A stretch of DNA of 64,000 nt, taken from a virus (taxonomy: Duplodnaviria > Heunggongvirae > Uroviricota > Caudoviricetes). Under the pieces are notes generated by a model. It ran no database searches, had not been told where the DNA came from, and was given only the letters and a program-made list of their open reading frames with translations. The stretch lies in IMG/VR virus record IMGVR_UViG_3300023297_000003. One strand, written 5' to 3'. Positions 1 through 9,106 of the stretch are shown here, one piece after another (the first letter of the stretch is position 1; each line of letters opens with the position of its first letter). The translations under genes and the position numbers were made by a program.

Positions 1-283
1 GGACCCCAAGCACGATAGCCAGGATTCCGGCTGTACTAAGGACCGCCAAAAGTAAGGCCAAACCCGAACCTGATGAGGAAGCAGCACCTGAGTCTAACAT
101 GTGACCTCTCCTTTGTGCCTGGCTTTGCACACCCATCCCGTCAAGTTCGAGCAAAGCCACAGGTGGGTTTCGTCCGGGAAGTGGATGGTGATTCTTCGGT
201 CCTTGGTAGGACTACGCACGATCCGCACACAACGAGTAAGCTGTTCCACCGAATAGTGGTGCCGAATGGGGTTGGGAAGCTCG

Positions 284-727
284 TCAGCCCTCATCAGTAA
301 CCTCCGGTTCCAGTAGACCAGCAGTTTCCACGATCTGGAGGATCAGGTCGCTGACCAAGTCGGCCCGCTGTTCGTCCTCCACAACACGCTGATCCTCGGT
401 CTGGCCTCCGGGCTCGAAGGGGTTGTCCGTGAGCACGTGCCCAAGCTCGTGTCCGAGCACCTGGAGCTTCCGCCTGGGGGAGCATCCTTCCTCGAACCAG
501 ATGTGGATCTCGTTGGTGGCTTCTTCTACCCAGCCCCAGGCCCCCATCCTTTCGATGAAGCCGAGCATGTCCTGAACGGGGACACTGACGTCGTCGCCCT
601 CGGCGCTGACCGCCTCCATGGAGCACTCCGTTAGGTCAACCCCGGCGTCCTCCGAGATGCTCTTGATGTAGGCGTCCCAGACGGCCTGAGCCGTGCTGTA
701 AGGCGTTATCGAGATGCTTAGGGGCAT
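284..727 (-). CDS. HExxH zinc-metallopeptidase-like protein
   Basis: 147-aa ORF with LGHELGHV (HExxH) motif; family not resolved. Confidence 0.4.
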   Translation of the reverse strand: MPLSISITPYSTAQAVWDAYIKSISEDAGVDLTECSMEAVSAEGDDVSVPVQDMLGFIERMGAWGWVEEATNEIHIWFEEGCSPRRKLQVLGHELGHVLTDNPFEPGGQTEDQRVVEDEQRADLVSDLILQIVETAGLLEPEVTDEG

Positions 728-1140
728 GGGCCGGGCTCTTTGCGGGAGGCGTGCTTGGCCAGGGCTGTTTCCAGTCTGTCCACGGCGATCGTGGGCACCT
801 TGACGGGATGAGTCTGGCCCCGGAGTAAAATGACGTCGGATCTTATCTTGGGATCATGATAGACCGCTTCGACGGATGGCATATGTATCCACCCAAAGTC
901 CACGATGAAGGTCAGGTGCCTGAACTCAAGGGCGTCCCTCAGTTCCCGCCTGAAGTTCGCATCCCCCATTGCAGGGATGGGGATGATATGGGTGTGTCCA
1001 TCAAGGAGCATCACCGTGCGGTACTTGCCCGTCCCGTTCTTCTTGTCCGTGAAGACCGCTAGGACACGTCGGGGAATGAGCCATCCGAGTTCCTTGTACT
1101 GTCGTAGCAGTTCCTTGGGGTGTCGTAGCATGTGGCTCAT
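718..1140 (-). CDS. hypothetical protein (start moved to internal ATG)
   Basis: ORF 718..1173; conserved promoter-like motif (CTACTC..GATGATCCC at 1177-1206) abuts first ATG, internal ATG at 1140 has AAGGAG RBS. Confidence 0.4.
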   Translation of the reverse strand: MSHMLRHPKELLRQYKELGWLIPRRVLAVFTDKKNGTGKYRTVMLLDGHTHIIPIPAMGDANFRRELRDALEFRHLTFIVDFGWIHMPSVEAVYHDPKIRSDVILLRGQTHPVKVPTIAVDRLETALAKHASRKEPGPCP

Positions 1141-1211
1141 TGGATGCTCCTTGTCCGGGTCTTTGTCCCTCACACACTCTACTCAGCCACTGGCCAGGAT
1201 GATCCCGGCAG

Positions 1212-1502
1212 CTACCTCTGGCGGCGGTTGTATTCCTGGACCAAGATGTTGAGCACCCGGACGGCTTTGTCGACCTTCACGTCCCCGGCAGTGGACCGCA
1301 TGTCCTCCAGGGCCTTGTGGACATCAGCGACGGCGTCCCGCATGATCAGGTCCGTGGCTTGGCGTGCGCCCTTTGCGTCCGCACGTAGGCCCAGGATCCA
1401 ACGGACGAAGAAGTATGCCCCGACTGCGACGAGGATGATAACGATGGCGACGAGAAGTGGCATTTCAGTCCTCCTTAAGTAGTTTCCACACGGGCCGATC
1501 AA
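1212..1502 (-). CDS. small membrane protein
   Basis: 96-aa ORF with N-terminal hydrophobic helix LLVAIVIILVAVGAYFF. Confidence 0.4.
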   Translation of the reverse strand: MIGPCGNYLRRTEMPLLVAIVIILVAVGAYFFVRWILGLRADAKGARQATDLIMRDAVADVHKALEDMRSTAGDVKVDKAVRVLNILVQEYNRRQR

Positions 1503-1675
1503 AGACGAACCCGTAGCTTGCGACCTTACCCGTGTCCTCGAAAAGTCCGCTGGCCAGGAGAGCCCTGATCAGCGGGTGTTTGATGTCGTGATGCAGGATG
1601 AAAGCATTCGGGTCCAGGGTTTGCACCAAGTCTCTTACACAGATGGAGAGGGTGGCGTAAACCGTTCCTCAAAAC

Positions 1676-3100
1676 CTACTTGAATCTACTAGGCATCAAG
1701 TTTGAAGCTGTGCCGCTGCCAGACGAATCTGATCCAACGGTAGTAAGCCTCCGGCCCAACGGTAAGGGCTCGAATGACGGTTGCTCTTTTCGCCCGAATC
1801 CCAAGGAACTGGTCCGTCGAAGACGGAATCGCTCTCTCAGCACTCGTTTTACGCCTCGTGGGTGATCACCAGTTCCAATGTGTTCGTTCCCAGAACGTCT
1901 GAGCACACCAGCACTTCCTACCCAATCAGCGTGAGCCTTCCTGCCACAACAGCGGCAACGGAACCTTATTGAACTTCGGTTTCCTCGATGAACATAACCA
2001 CAAGAAGGACACTCCTGCGACGTGTAAGCAGGGTTCACTTTCTTTGTTGGAGCCTTCCTTTCCAAGTTGATCTGTAACGCCCTGTAAGCGAACCGCTTTT
2101 GACCCCGGCAACCTCGAAGATCAAGATCTTCGACTACGAACACCGTCTCGGGATGACGGGCGATGAGGGTATTCACCACACGACCCGTTTCTGTCTTGAT
2201 CAACCCACTCAACTTGCTCTCAAGGTGATCTAACCTTGGACTGTTGTCTTTCAAATCCTGTCGTTGGCGATTTGCTCGGAGATTTCTGACACGAGCATAG
2301 AGCTTATCGAATTTGGGCTTGACGTGCTCACCATAGGTCACTCCATCTGAGGTAGCTGCAAGGACGTTCAGACCAACGTCAACGCCCAACTTAGGCCAAC
2401 CCTCCTGTGCTTCAGGAACGGCCCACTCGGCCTTGCTGACAGCTTCAAAGCGCCAGAAGCCTCGCTTGGTCTTGCGGACCGAAATGCCTTTACTGACCTG
2501 ATCAGCCTGTTGGATGTAAGGATTCCCAACGAGGGGTAACCAGACGGACTTACGAGCTTCTAACGAGGATACTCTCAGCCAGAAATCCCCGAGAGGGGCC
2601 TTCGATGTATCTTCCAATCGAGCCGTCATCTCCGACAACCTCATGGGTAGGTTGTTTCTTACGATAGGCTTATTACCTCCGTAGGTGTCCAACAGGGTGT
2701 GGTAGGCGTCGAGATGGTCTTGAGTAATAACTTTCCACGGTTTACTGATGGACTTCAATCCGATGACATAGAGTGCTTTGGCATCCTGATCGGTAAGGGT
2801 ACCGTCATGCTTAAGGTTGGTAATGGTTGGCTTCAACTTACGAGCATAAGTAGCTTTCGCCCAAGCGCTCACGATTTGTATTGCATGGTCTCGTGCGTTC
2901 TTTTCGATCTGAGACGTAAGGTTGGTGGCCCGTGGGAAGAACGTTTGTTTGGCGGCTTTCGGGAGATTATAGACCCGCTGGTCAAGCATCGTTTGTACGC
3001 AGATACGGACGTACTTGACGTAGGCATTGTGTAGGACTTCCAACTTGTCGATTTTGGACTGATTGGTATCTTTATGAAGTCGGAAGATGCGACATTTCAT
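1676..3100 (-). CDS. tnpB: TnpB (IS605 OrfB-family RuvC-like nuclease with CxxC..CxxC zinc finger)
   Basis: 474 aa; RuvC motifs, AYTSQECPSCG..CRCCGRKAHAD zinc finger; 3' end overlaps right end (omegaRNA region). Confidence 0.9.
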   Translation of the reverse strand: MKCRIFRLHKDTNQSKIDKLEVLHNAYVKYVRICVQTMLDQRVYNLPKAAKQTFFPRATNLTSQIEKNARDHAIQIVSAWAKATYARKLKPTITNLKHDGTLTDQDAKALYVIGLKSISKPWKVITQDHLDAYHTLLDTYGGNKPIVRNNLPMRLSEMTARLEDTSKAPLGDFWLRVSSLEARKSVWLPLVGNPYIQQADQVSKGISVRKTKRGFWRFEAVSKAEWAVPEAQEGWPKLGVDVGLNVLAATSDGVTYGEHVKPKFDKLYARVRNLRANRQRQDLKDNSPRLDHLESKLSGLIKTETGRVVNTLIARHPETVFVVEDLDLRGCRGQKRFAYRALQINLERKAPTKKVNPAYTSQECPSCGYVHRGNRSSIRFRCRCCGRKAHADWVGSAGVLRRSGNEHIGTGDHPRGVKRVLRERFRLRRTSSLGFGRKEQPSFEPLPLGRRLTTVGSDSSGSGTASNLMPSRFK

Positions 3101-3852
3101 TTGACTGTCTCTGCCGCTTCTGCTGCTTTCTTGGCCTTACGTCGTTCTGCCGAACGTTTGCCATAAATCTTAGCGGAGAACGACGACATGAGCGTCAAAA
3201 TGTCTTCGACCAACTCTTCCTGATAGCCTTTGCCAAGGACTTCTTGTGTCCACTCGATGGTGACACCATGACTGTTGAAGTAAGCATTGACCAGATTGAA
3301 CCCGAAGCGAGTCAGGCGGTCTTTGTGTTCAACAACCACCCTATCTATTTCATGGGCATTGACCAGTTTGAACAACTTTCGGAGTTTTGGGCGTGTGTCT
3401 GACATGCCCGACCCAACGTCTTGAAGCACTTCGACCAACTTGTACTGCTTCGTGATGCTGTGTATCGTGACCCGTCCAGCCTGACGTTCAAGATCGCCTG
3501 ACTTTTTCTGATCGTGGCTGGACACACGGCAGTAGATAACAACTCGTTCCGTTTGCTGTTTATCGATTGGGAGATTGCCCAGCAACCTGTCAATGTCTGA
3601 TTGCTTGAAACGGCGATGCCCACCCACGGTGCGAACGTGAGGGATCTTGTCTTCATCAGCCCAGTCCCGAAGCGTATTCCGGTGAACACCAAGAGCTTCG
3701 GCTGCTTTGGTGAGAGCTAGGAGACGATCAGTCAGCATCCTCATCTCCCGCATCAGGTATGGGAAACACCAGTCCTTGATCTTCAAAGACCTTGCGCCAC
3801 CTGTTGTACTGTTGTTGGAACTCTTCGACGGTAGGCACCTCATCGGGATCAA
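3097..3852 (-). CDS. tnpA: IS607-type TnpA serine recombinase (MerR-like HTH + resolvase domain); true start may be internal (~3738)
   Basis: LTKAAEALGVHRNTLRDW HTH; VIYCRVSSHDQKKSGDLERQ serine-recombinase motif; 4-bp overlap with tnpB. Confidence 0.8.
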   Translation of the reverse strand: MIPMRCLPSKSSNNSTTGGARSLKIKDWCFPYLMREMRMLTDRLLALTKAAEALGVHRNTLRDWADEDKIPHVRTVGGHRRFKQSDIDRLLGNLPIDKQQTERVVIYCRVSSHDQKKSGDLERQAGRVTIHSITKQYKLVEVLQDVGSGMSDTRPKLRKLFKLVNAHEIDRVVVEHKDRLTRFGFNLVNAYFNSHGVTIEWTQEVLGKGYQEELVEDILTLMSSFSAKIYGKRSAERRKAKKAAEAAETVK

Positions 3853-4012
3853 ACGGAATGGGGTGTGGGATCACCCGTCCATCAGACGTTTCAAATTCGG
3901 TTGTGGTCACTCGGACGATCATGGTTCGTTTCATGCCTCCACTATACCAACGTGGAGGTTATAAAAGGATCACCGAGAAAAAAGGAGAGTCAGGTAGGTT
4001 TTTGGTTGCTGC

Positions 4013-4162
4013 TCATGCACCCTTGGTGCCCCCGACGACGTGTTTGAGCGTACCCGTGCGCTTGCAATAGTAGATGTCGCCGTCTTCGGTCACGATAACC
4101 AGGAAGTTGTCGGCACGCAGGACCTTGACCGTCGCTCGCTTGGATTCATACTCGTGGGCCAT
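4013..4162 (-). CDS. small hypothetical protein (50 aa)
   Basis: internal ATG with AGGAGG RBS, preceded by GAGTAGAC promoter element; longer ORF upstream part is R/S-rich junk. Confidence 0.3.
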   Translation of the reverse strand: MAHEYESKRATVKVLRADNFLVIVTEDGDIYYCKRTGTLKHVVGGTKGA

Positions 4163-4181
4163 TGTGTTCCTCCTATCCCGT

Positions 4182-4520
4182 CTACTCGTCAGAGTCCTTG
4201 GGTGGGTATTGCTGCTCCAGGATACCCCGGAAGTGGGTGACCTGGGCGGTGGCTTTCCTGATGGTTTTGTCCCCCGCCTCGATCTGACGCTGGAGCCACT
4301 CCTCCGTGAGGTACGCATCGAGAACAGCCTCGACCGTGGTTCCCCGGTACTGATCTGACCAGTTGCACTCCTGGCCAATTCTGTCCCGGAGTAGTTCCAT
4401 CTCCTTCTTGAGGGTTGATCCCGGCGTGATTTCCAGGACGACGAGGACCCAGGCTGAGTGGCCCCAGGAGTGACCTGTACAGTACCGAACGGTGATGTAC
4501 CTTGTTTCTTGTGCAGCCAT
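4182..4520 (-). CDS. hypothetical protein
   Basis: 112-aa ORF, promoter-like motif variant upstream (4540-4570). Confidence 0.4.
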   Translation of the reverse strand: MAAQETRYITVRYCTGHSWGHSAWVLVVLEITPGSTLKKEMELLRDRIGQECNWSDQYRGTTVEAVLDAYLTEEWLQRQIEAGDKTIRKATAQVTHFRGILEQQYPPKDSDE

Positions 4521-4566
4521 GAAGCCTCCTACCCTGTCTACTCAGACAGAGGCACCGATAATCTCT

Positions 4567-4866
4567 CTAGTCCGGTGGGAGGTGCTCGTTGTGGACTTTC
4601 CTGAGCCTGTTCTGGGCAACCACGAACCTGGTAGCCAGCTTTGAGTCACTGAGGCACCTGTCCCAACCACTAAGTTCAGCCATTACGAAACGGCGAGCTT
4701 CCAGTTCTTCCTGCATCCCCTGGATTGCTGTCATCAGTGTTCGACCTGTCTCCGTCAGGGGGTTGACCGTGCAAGGTGTGGGCATCGTAACGAGAGCGGC
4801 TGCGCCCAGTACGTTGAAAGCCTCTTGAATTTCAGCATCGGTCGGTCGTTCCCTACTCATCGTCAT
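4567..4866 (-). CDS. hypothetical protein
   Basis: 99-aa ORF, co-oriented with neighbours. Confidence 0.4.
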   Translation of the reverse strand: MTMSRERPTDAEIQEAFNVLGAAALVTMPTPCTVNPLTETGRTLMTAIQGMQEELEARRFVMAELSGWDRCLSDSKLATRFVVAQNRLRKVHNEHLPPD

Positions 4867-5492
4867 CTCCTTACAGCCTGGGTGCAGGCTGTCTTGATCG
4901 CTTCCTGTACCATCCAGATCGTGTCGTATCCGACTCCCGTGAACCGGAGGCTATTACTACGGGTTACCATTTCCCACCGTTTGGTGTGGACATTCACTGA
5001 ACCGTCCCACGTCCCCCGCCGGATCACCCGCTCACCATCCCGGTTGGGGGCTTCAAGTGCAGCCAGTTGCAACAACTGACAGGCCCAAGCCCGTGCCGTT
5101 GACGGGGCGTATATAATGTCAGCTTTGCCCTGACGGAGACGCACCCGCCCCTTATCCGTGAGGGTGATGCGGACGGGGTGTTTGTTGTGCACGTCGATGG
5201 TCCTCATCAGGTCACCTTTGGGTTGTACGGGACGGACGGAAACGAAAAGCCTCCCATGATCTCCTTGCTCCATCGGGACACAGAACCTGCCGCCACCCTC
5301 ACGAACAACATGGCTCTCGGGATAGCGTTCGTTAGGCCACAGGATTGCTTCGTGCTGCCGCTCCCTCATCAACATAGCTCTAAACCCGTTCGAGGAGCTT
5401 GACTCGCTTGTACATCGCCGTCCCCTTGGGCGTGGTACGCAGGAAAGGGAAGGACCAGTTCCAACCCCATTTGAGGGGCTTTCGCATAACAT
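4863..5492 (-). CDS. hypothetical protein (start uncertain, probably internal)
   Basis: 209-aa ORF; overlaps next gene if first ATG used. Confidence 0.4.
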   Translation of the reverse strand: MLCESPSNGVGTGPSLSCVPRPRGRRCTSESSSSNGFRAMLMRERQHEAILWPNERYPESHVVREGGGRFCVPMEQGDHGRLFVSVRPVQPKGDLMRTIDVHNKHPVRITLTDKGRVRLRQGKADIIYAPSTARAWACQLLQLAALEAPNRDGERVIRRGTWDGSVNVHTKRWEMVTRSNSLRFTGVGYDTIWMVQEAIKTACTQAVRR

Positions 5493-5790
5493 CCCAGAAG
5501 GCTTTGAAATCCTTGGGTCTTCCCTTTACGACGTAACCCAGGATGTGGGTCTTTACCCGGATGGACTTCTCGGTCTGACACTGCCAGATCTCGGTGTCAT
5601 CCTTGAATTTCTCACTGCTACAGAAGACTTTGGCATCATAAAGAGTTCTGAACACAAAGAGACCAGTCTCGGCCTCAGCCCAACGGTTCGGGATGTACCG
5701 TTTCCGCCAGCCCCGACATCGGACGGCGGCGGAATAGAGTTTGCCTTCGCCTGCTACGGAAACGACCTTGTAGAAGCTCCTCTGTGCCAT
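5380..5790 (-). CDS. hypothetical protein
   Basis: start set to MAQRSF.. with AAGGAG RBS. Confidence 0.4.
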   Translation of the reverse strand: MAQRSFYKVVSVAGEGKLYSAAVRCRGWRKRYIPNRWAEAETGLFVFRTLYDAKVFCSSEKFKDDTEIWQCQTEKSIRVKTHILGYVVKGRPKDFKAFWDVMRKPLKWGWNWSFPFLRTTPKGTAMYKRVKLLERV

Positions 5791-6008
5791 TCTAGTTCTC
5801 CTTCTGTCAATACGACCCGAACCGGAAAGATTTGAAGCAGCACTCACTACCAATCTCAGCAGCATGGAAGCCCAGTTTGTTCAGTTTTGCTGTGTCATCC
5901 TCGGACACATCTTCGGGATCGATACCGACGTAGAGAATGTCGTGTCCGCAACACGTGGGAGACTGTGGGTTCCCGTACTCTTTGAGGATCTGGAGCGCTT
6001 CAATCAGG

Positions 6009-6437
6009 TCACCCATCGGTTTCCTCCTGATCAATCAGGGCCATCCCGTCGTTCTGGAACAACAGCTTGGCTCTCCGTTCCTTGACGTGTCGGCCTCGGA
6101 ACCACCAGTCAGCCCCGAACTCAGACCCGAGGGAAAGAAGGGAACACATCACCCAGGTCAGCACGGGCCACCACCAGTTTATGTTCAGTTTGGCAATGGC
6201 CCCCAGGACCGTCCCGATGAGGACCCCTACCGTAATGAAGATTATGCCACGGAAGGGAGAGGTCCAGGGGATGACCAGGAGTCTTAACGCTCCCTCCTTC
6301 ATCTCAGCGTCGTACACCGTGAACTTGGTCCCGTCGAGGGTGGCGTGCCCCCTGTTGAGGGACTGCAGCCCCAGGTTCAAAGGGGTTAGCCCCCGTTCCT
6401 CCACCATCCAGGGTGACACCCCAATCCAGGTAGCCAT
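6009..6437 (-). CDS. membrane protein (2 TM), paralog of 6695..7117
   Basis: shared architecture: soluble N-term, two TM helices, WW, G(R/I)IGRH(V/K)KE. Confidence 0.45.
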   Translation of the reverse strand: MATWIGVSPWMVEERGLTPLNLGLQSLNRGHATLDGTKFTVYDAEMKEGALRLLVIPWTSPFRGIIFITVGVLIGTVLGAIAKLNINWWWPVLTWVMCSLLSLGSEFGADWWFRGRHVKERRAKLLFQNDGMALIDQEETDG

Positions 6438-6694
6438 CAGTCCTCTTCCTCCTCCTGCTCTACGGGACGTAGCACGTCCCCGAGTCTTTTATGCAGGCAA
6501 TGCTGACACAGATCGGCCCTGAAGGTCTCCATGTCCCCGAAGACCGAGCTATAGCCCCCGGTAAAACAGATGGTGATGGCTTCCTGAGCATCCAACTCAT
6601 CTTCCGCTGTGGGTCCGATGTCTTTACCGCACAGGTCACATTTGATTTCGGTGATAACCGTGGTCTCCACCATTTGCTTGGTGAGTTTTCTCAT
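6437..6694 (-). CDS. zinc-ribbon protein
   Basis: CDLCGK..CQHC; acidic C-terminus. Confidence 0.45.
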   Translation of the reverse strand: MRKLTKQMVETTVITEIKCDLCGKDIGPTAEDELDAQEAITICFTGGYSSVFGDMETFRADLCQHCLHKRLGDVLRPVEQEEEED

Positions 6695-7117
6695 TTACTC
6701 CTCCGAAGGGGGTGGGAACCCATTATCCCGAAGGAACTTGTCCAACCATTCCTTCTTGTGCCGCCCAATGATCCCCCAGTAGATGCCTTTTTCCAGACCG
6801 CTGGTCGCCAGCACCAGCCCAATACAAAGGCCAAGGGTCCACCAGTCAGGTGCTTTGCCATTGAGCCATCCCATACTCAGGCCCGCACATAAACCTAAGG
6901 TGACGATGAGGGGTGTTTGGAAGGAACTCCTGTAGGGTGTCACCCAAAACTGAAGATTCCCATGTTTGTTGATCCGGGTGTTCCCTACCTGATAGTGGTG
7001 ACTGCCACCATCATAGGGGTGTGTCAACTGCCCTTTTTGGAGGATGATCACCCCACGAGAGAGCATCTCGTCCTTTGTTGCCGAACCATTGAGCATGTCC
7101 GTGATCCAGAAGGCCAT
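6695..7117 (-). CDS. membrane protein (2 TM), paralog of 6009..6437
   Basis: see 6009..6437. Confidence 0.45.
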   Translation of the reverse strand: MAFWITDMLNGSATKDEMLSRGVIILQKGQLTHPYDGGSHHYQVGNTRINKHGNLQFWVTPYRSSFQTPLIVTLGLCAGLSMGWLNGKAPDWWTLGLCIGLVLATSGLEKGIYWGIIGRHKKEWLDKFLRDNGFPPPSEE

Positions 7118-7338
7118 TAGTCGTCCCCTTTGGCCAGGACGAGACGATCAGGGATGTTCCCGCACCCTTTGCAGTAGCATGTCTCAGAGATGCCACCGCC
7201 CTCGTTCACCTGGGTGTGGATGTACATCCGTTCCAACAAGAAGTTCCCACCGCAGGCGAGACACTCCCTAGCACTCCAGACGAAGACCAGCTTGAACGGT
7301 TCGTGGGGGTTCTGTGACGCTTTACTTTTCCAACGCAT
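7117..7338 (-). CDS. zinc-ribbon protein
   Basis: CLACGG..CYCKGCGN. Confidence 0.4.
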   Translation of the reverse strand: MRWKSKASQNPHEPFKLVFVWSARECLACGGNFLLERMYIHTQVNEGGGISETCYCKGCGNIPDRLVLAKGDD

Positions 7339-7696
7339 CTACGGCCTCCTGGATCAAGTCATTGGGGATGAAGACGTCGTTCAGATCAGGGACTCCGTTG
7401 GAGTTCGTGGGGTAGATCCTGTGTTCCCAACCCGTAAGGGGGAAATGGGGGAGAAGCGCCACCACCCAGGCATCGTCCTCCCGCTTGGTGAAGGTCGCTG
7501 CCCTGACTGCGGTGTGCATTTCCTTGGCCAGCGCCTGCTCCAGGATCTGCCTCAGGGTGCCTTTATGGTACATCCCAACGGCATCACCCCGGTCCACGAA
7601 CATCACGGGCTTCTGGGGGTTGATCCCAGCAGCCTTGTTCTCCTCCAGGTACTCCACACACAGTGCCAGGAACTCGTCCATTTCAACCTCCGTCAA
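7322..7696 (-). CDS. hypothetical protein
   Basis: 124-aa ORF. Confidence 0.4.
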   Translation of the reverse strand: MTEVEMDEFLALCVEYLEENKAAGINPQKPVMFVDRGDAVGMYHKGTLRQILEQALAKEMHTAVRAATFTKREDDAWVVALLPHFPLTGWEHRIYPTNSNGVPDLNDVFIPNDLIQEAVDALEK

Positions 7697-7927
7697 GCCG
7701 ATGAACAGCCCGTCTCAGCCCCTCTATCGTAGGTGCTACTAGCAGTACTGGGTCGTCCCCGTCCCTGTGGAGGTGCCACACGTCCGGGTGATCATTGTCC
7801 TCACCCGGACGTTGTTGGACGTATCGTCCGTCATCGCAGTCCCATTGAGTCTGCTTGCGATTGTACGTCCATTTGCCGCCGTAATTGGCCGTAAGGATGA
7901 GCATGACGCTCATTGGGTTCGAAAGGC

Positions 7928-8239
7928 TCATGACTGCGTCGTTTCCGCCAACAGCCGGGCGAAGACGCTCTTTCGTTTTTGGAAGCCGGTCAGCTTTGTG
8001 GACGTTTCAGTGATGCACCCGTCCATCTTGGCGATGTGGGCCAGGAGCAGGGGCTTGGGGTCAGAGTACACTGAAATGGTCCCGATGCTGCCCTTCCCAT
8101 CGGGGGTCGCAACACGGGCAACCTTTTCCCCACCTGTGGAGGGCCGGAGAACGAACGACAAGAGGGTCTTCTCGTCCTCGCTTATTATGTAGCCTGTGGT
8201 TTCCCCCAACACGATCTCGACGCCGTCTGCGGTTTTCAT
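7928..8239 (-). CDS. hypothetical protein
   Basis: 103-aa ORF. Confidence 0.35.
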   Translation of the reverse strand: MKTADGVEIVLGETTGYIISEDEKTLLSFVLRPSTGGEKVARVATPDGKGSIGTISVYSDPKPLLLAHIAKMDGCITETSTKLTGFQKRKSVFARLLAETTQS

Positions 8240-8604
8240 GTGTTCCTCCAGAACACCTTGGGTGGCCGAGGAACGAACTCCTTGTGGAGTTCAGTCACAA
8301 CGACCTCTTTCAGGCAGTGCATACAGGTGGTGGGGTCACCCACCAACGGATAAGCCCCCGTAAACTGTGCTGAATGACCACAAGAATAGGTGGCCACCAT
8401 GACCTGACGGGTTTCATTTAAGGGCATCGGGTGGCTCCTTCTCGGCACAGTCCGGGCACAGCAACGACTCGCTGCCCCGTGGACCCCTGCGAGGTCTGAT
8501 GGGTTTACCACACCCGACACAAATGGTGAAGAAACGGAGGAATTTGAAGTCGAGCCGGTCGACGCTGATGAGCAACTCTTGGAGTTTCCTGCGGAGTACA
8601 CCAT
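8236..8604 (-). CDS. hypothetical Cys-containing protein
   Basis: 122-aa ORF, CGHSAQ..CMHC. Confidence 0.35.
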   Translation of the reverse strand: MVYSAGNSKSCSSASTGSTSNSSVSSPFVSGVVNPSDLAGVHGAASRCCARTVPRRSHPMPLNETRQVMVATYSCGHSAQFTGAYPLVGDPTTCMHCLKEVVVTELHKEFVPRPPKVFWRNT

Positions 8605-8629
8605 CTTCGAACTGAAGCAACCTGCCCAT
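8414..8629 (-). CDS. small zinc-ribbon protein
   Basis: CVGCGKP..CPDCAEK; promoter-like motif at 8648-8675 just upstream; overlaps alternative ORF 8505..8879. Confidence 0.35.
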   Translation of the reverse strand: MGRLLQFEDGVLRRKLQELLISVDRLDFKFLRFFTICVGCGKPIRPRRGPRGSESLLCPDCAEKEPPDALK

Positions 8630-9106
8630 CCTTCCTCCTCACAGGGTCTACTCCCGAATGTCCGAGGATGATCTTCCGAGGATCTCTCGGCGGAGTTGCC
8701 CCCAGAACAGTACGGTGATGGCAGGGGAGGCCTTCCGTCCCTTTACTACAGTCGGGGCAACCCAGGACCAAGTCATTGCCCTCCACATGGTGGGCGTGCC
8801 TGTTCCATTCAAGGTGGCGACCACACTTCAGGCACGGCGTGGCGCAGTCTACGTTCTGGAGTGTTTCGAGGAGGCTCAAACCGTCGTCTTGTTGTTCTGT
8901 CCGGGGATCCGGGGGGTGTTACAGTTGGGGAAGAGGCTCTGCAGAACCTCCATGGGGACGTCCTCCAAGGGAGCGAGGAGGTAGCCGTCCAGGGACACCA
9001 CGACGGCGTCCCCGGTGTTGTCGATGATCTTCCGGCAGAGGACCATGCAGTTGTTGAACTTACTCTCGAAAGGCTTGTTGTCGCTCATGGTGTTGCTCCC
9101 ATTGGT

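Larger units (their letters stand above)
1662..3860 (-). mobile_element. IS607-family insertion sequence (tnpA serine recombinase + tnpB); left boundary approximate
   Basis: adjacent overlapping tnpA/tnpB; right end begins ccgttcc.. shared with four other copies; left end beyond tnpA not defined. Confidence 0.7.

Noticed and set aside
3082-3100. gatgcgac at the tnpB start codon region, which resembles the CRISPR repeat end
   Set aside because: It is only an 8-nt match produced by the codons MKCRIF, with no flanking repeat similarity.
8505-8879. 124-aa zinc-ribbon ORF overlapping 8414..8629
   Set aside because: It spans the promoter-like motif at 8648-8675 that precedes the shorter ORF. Only one of the two overlapping frames is likely to be real, and the shorter was preferred on promoter position.
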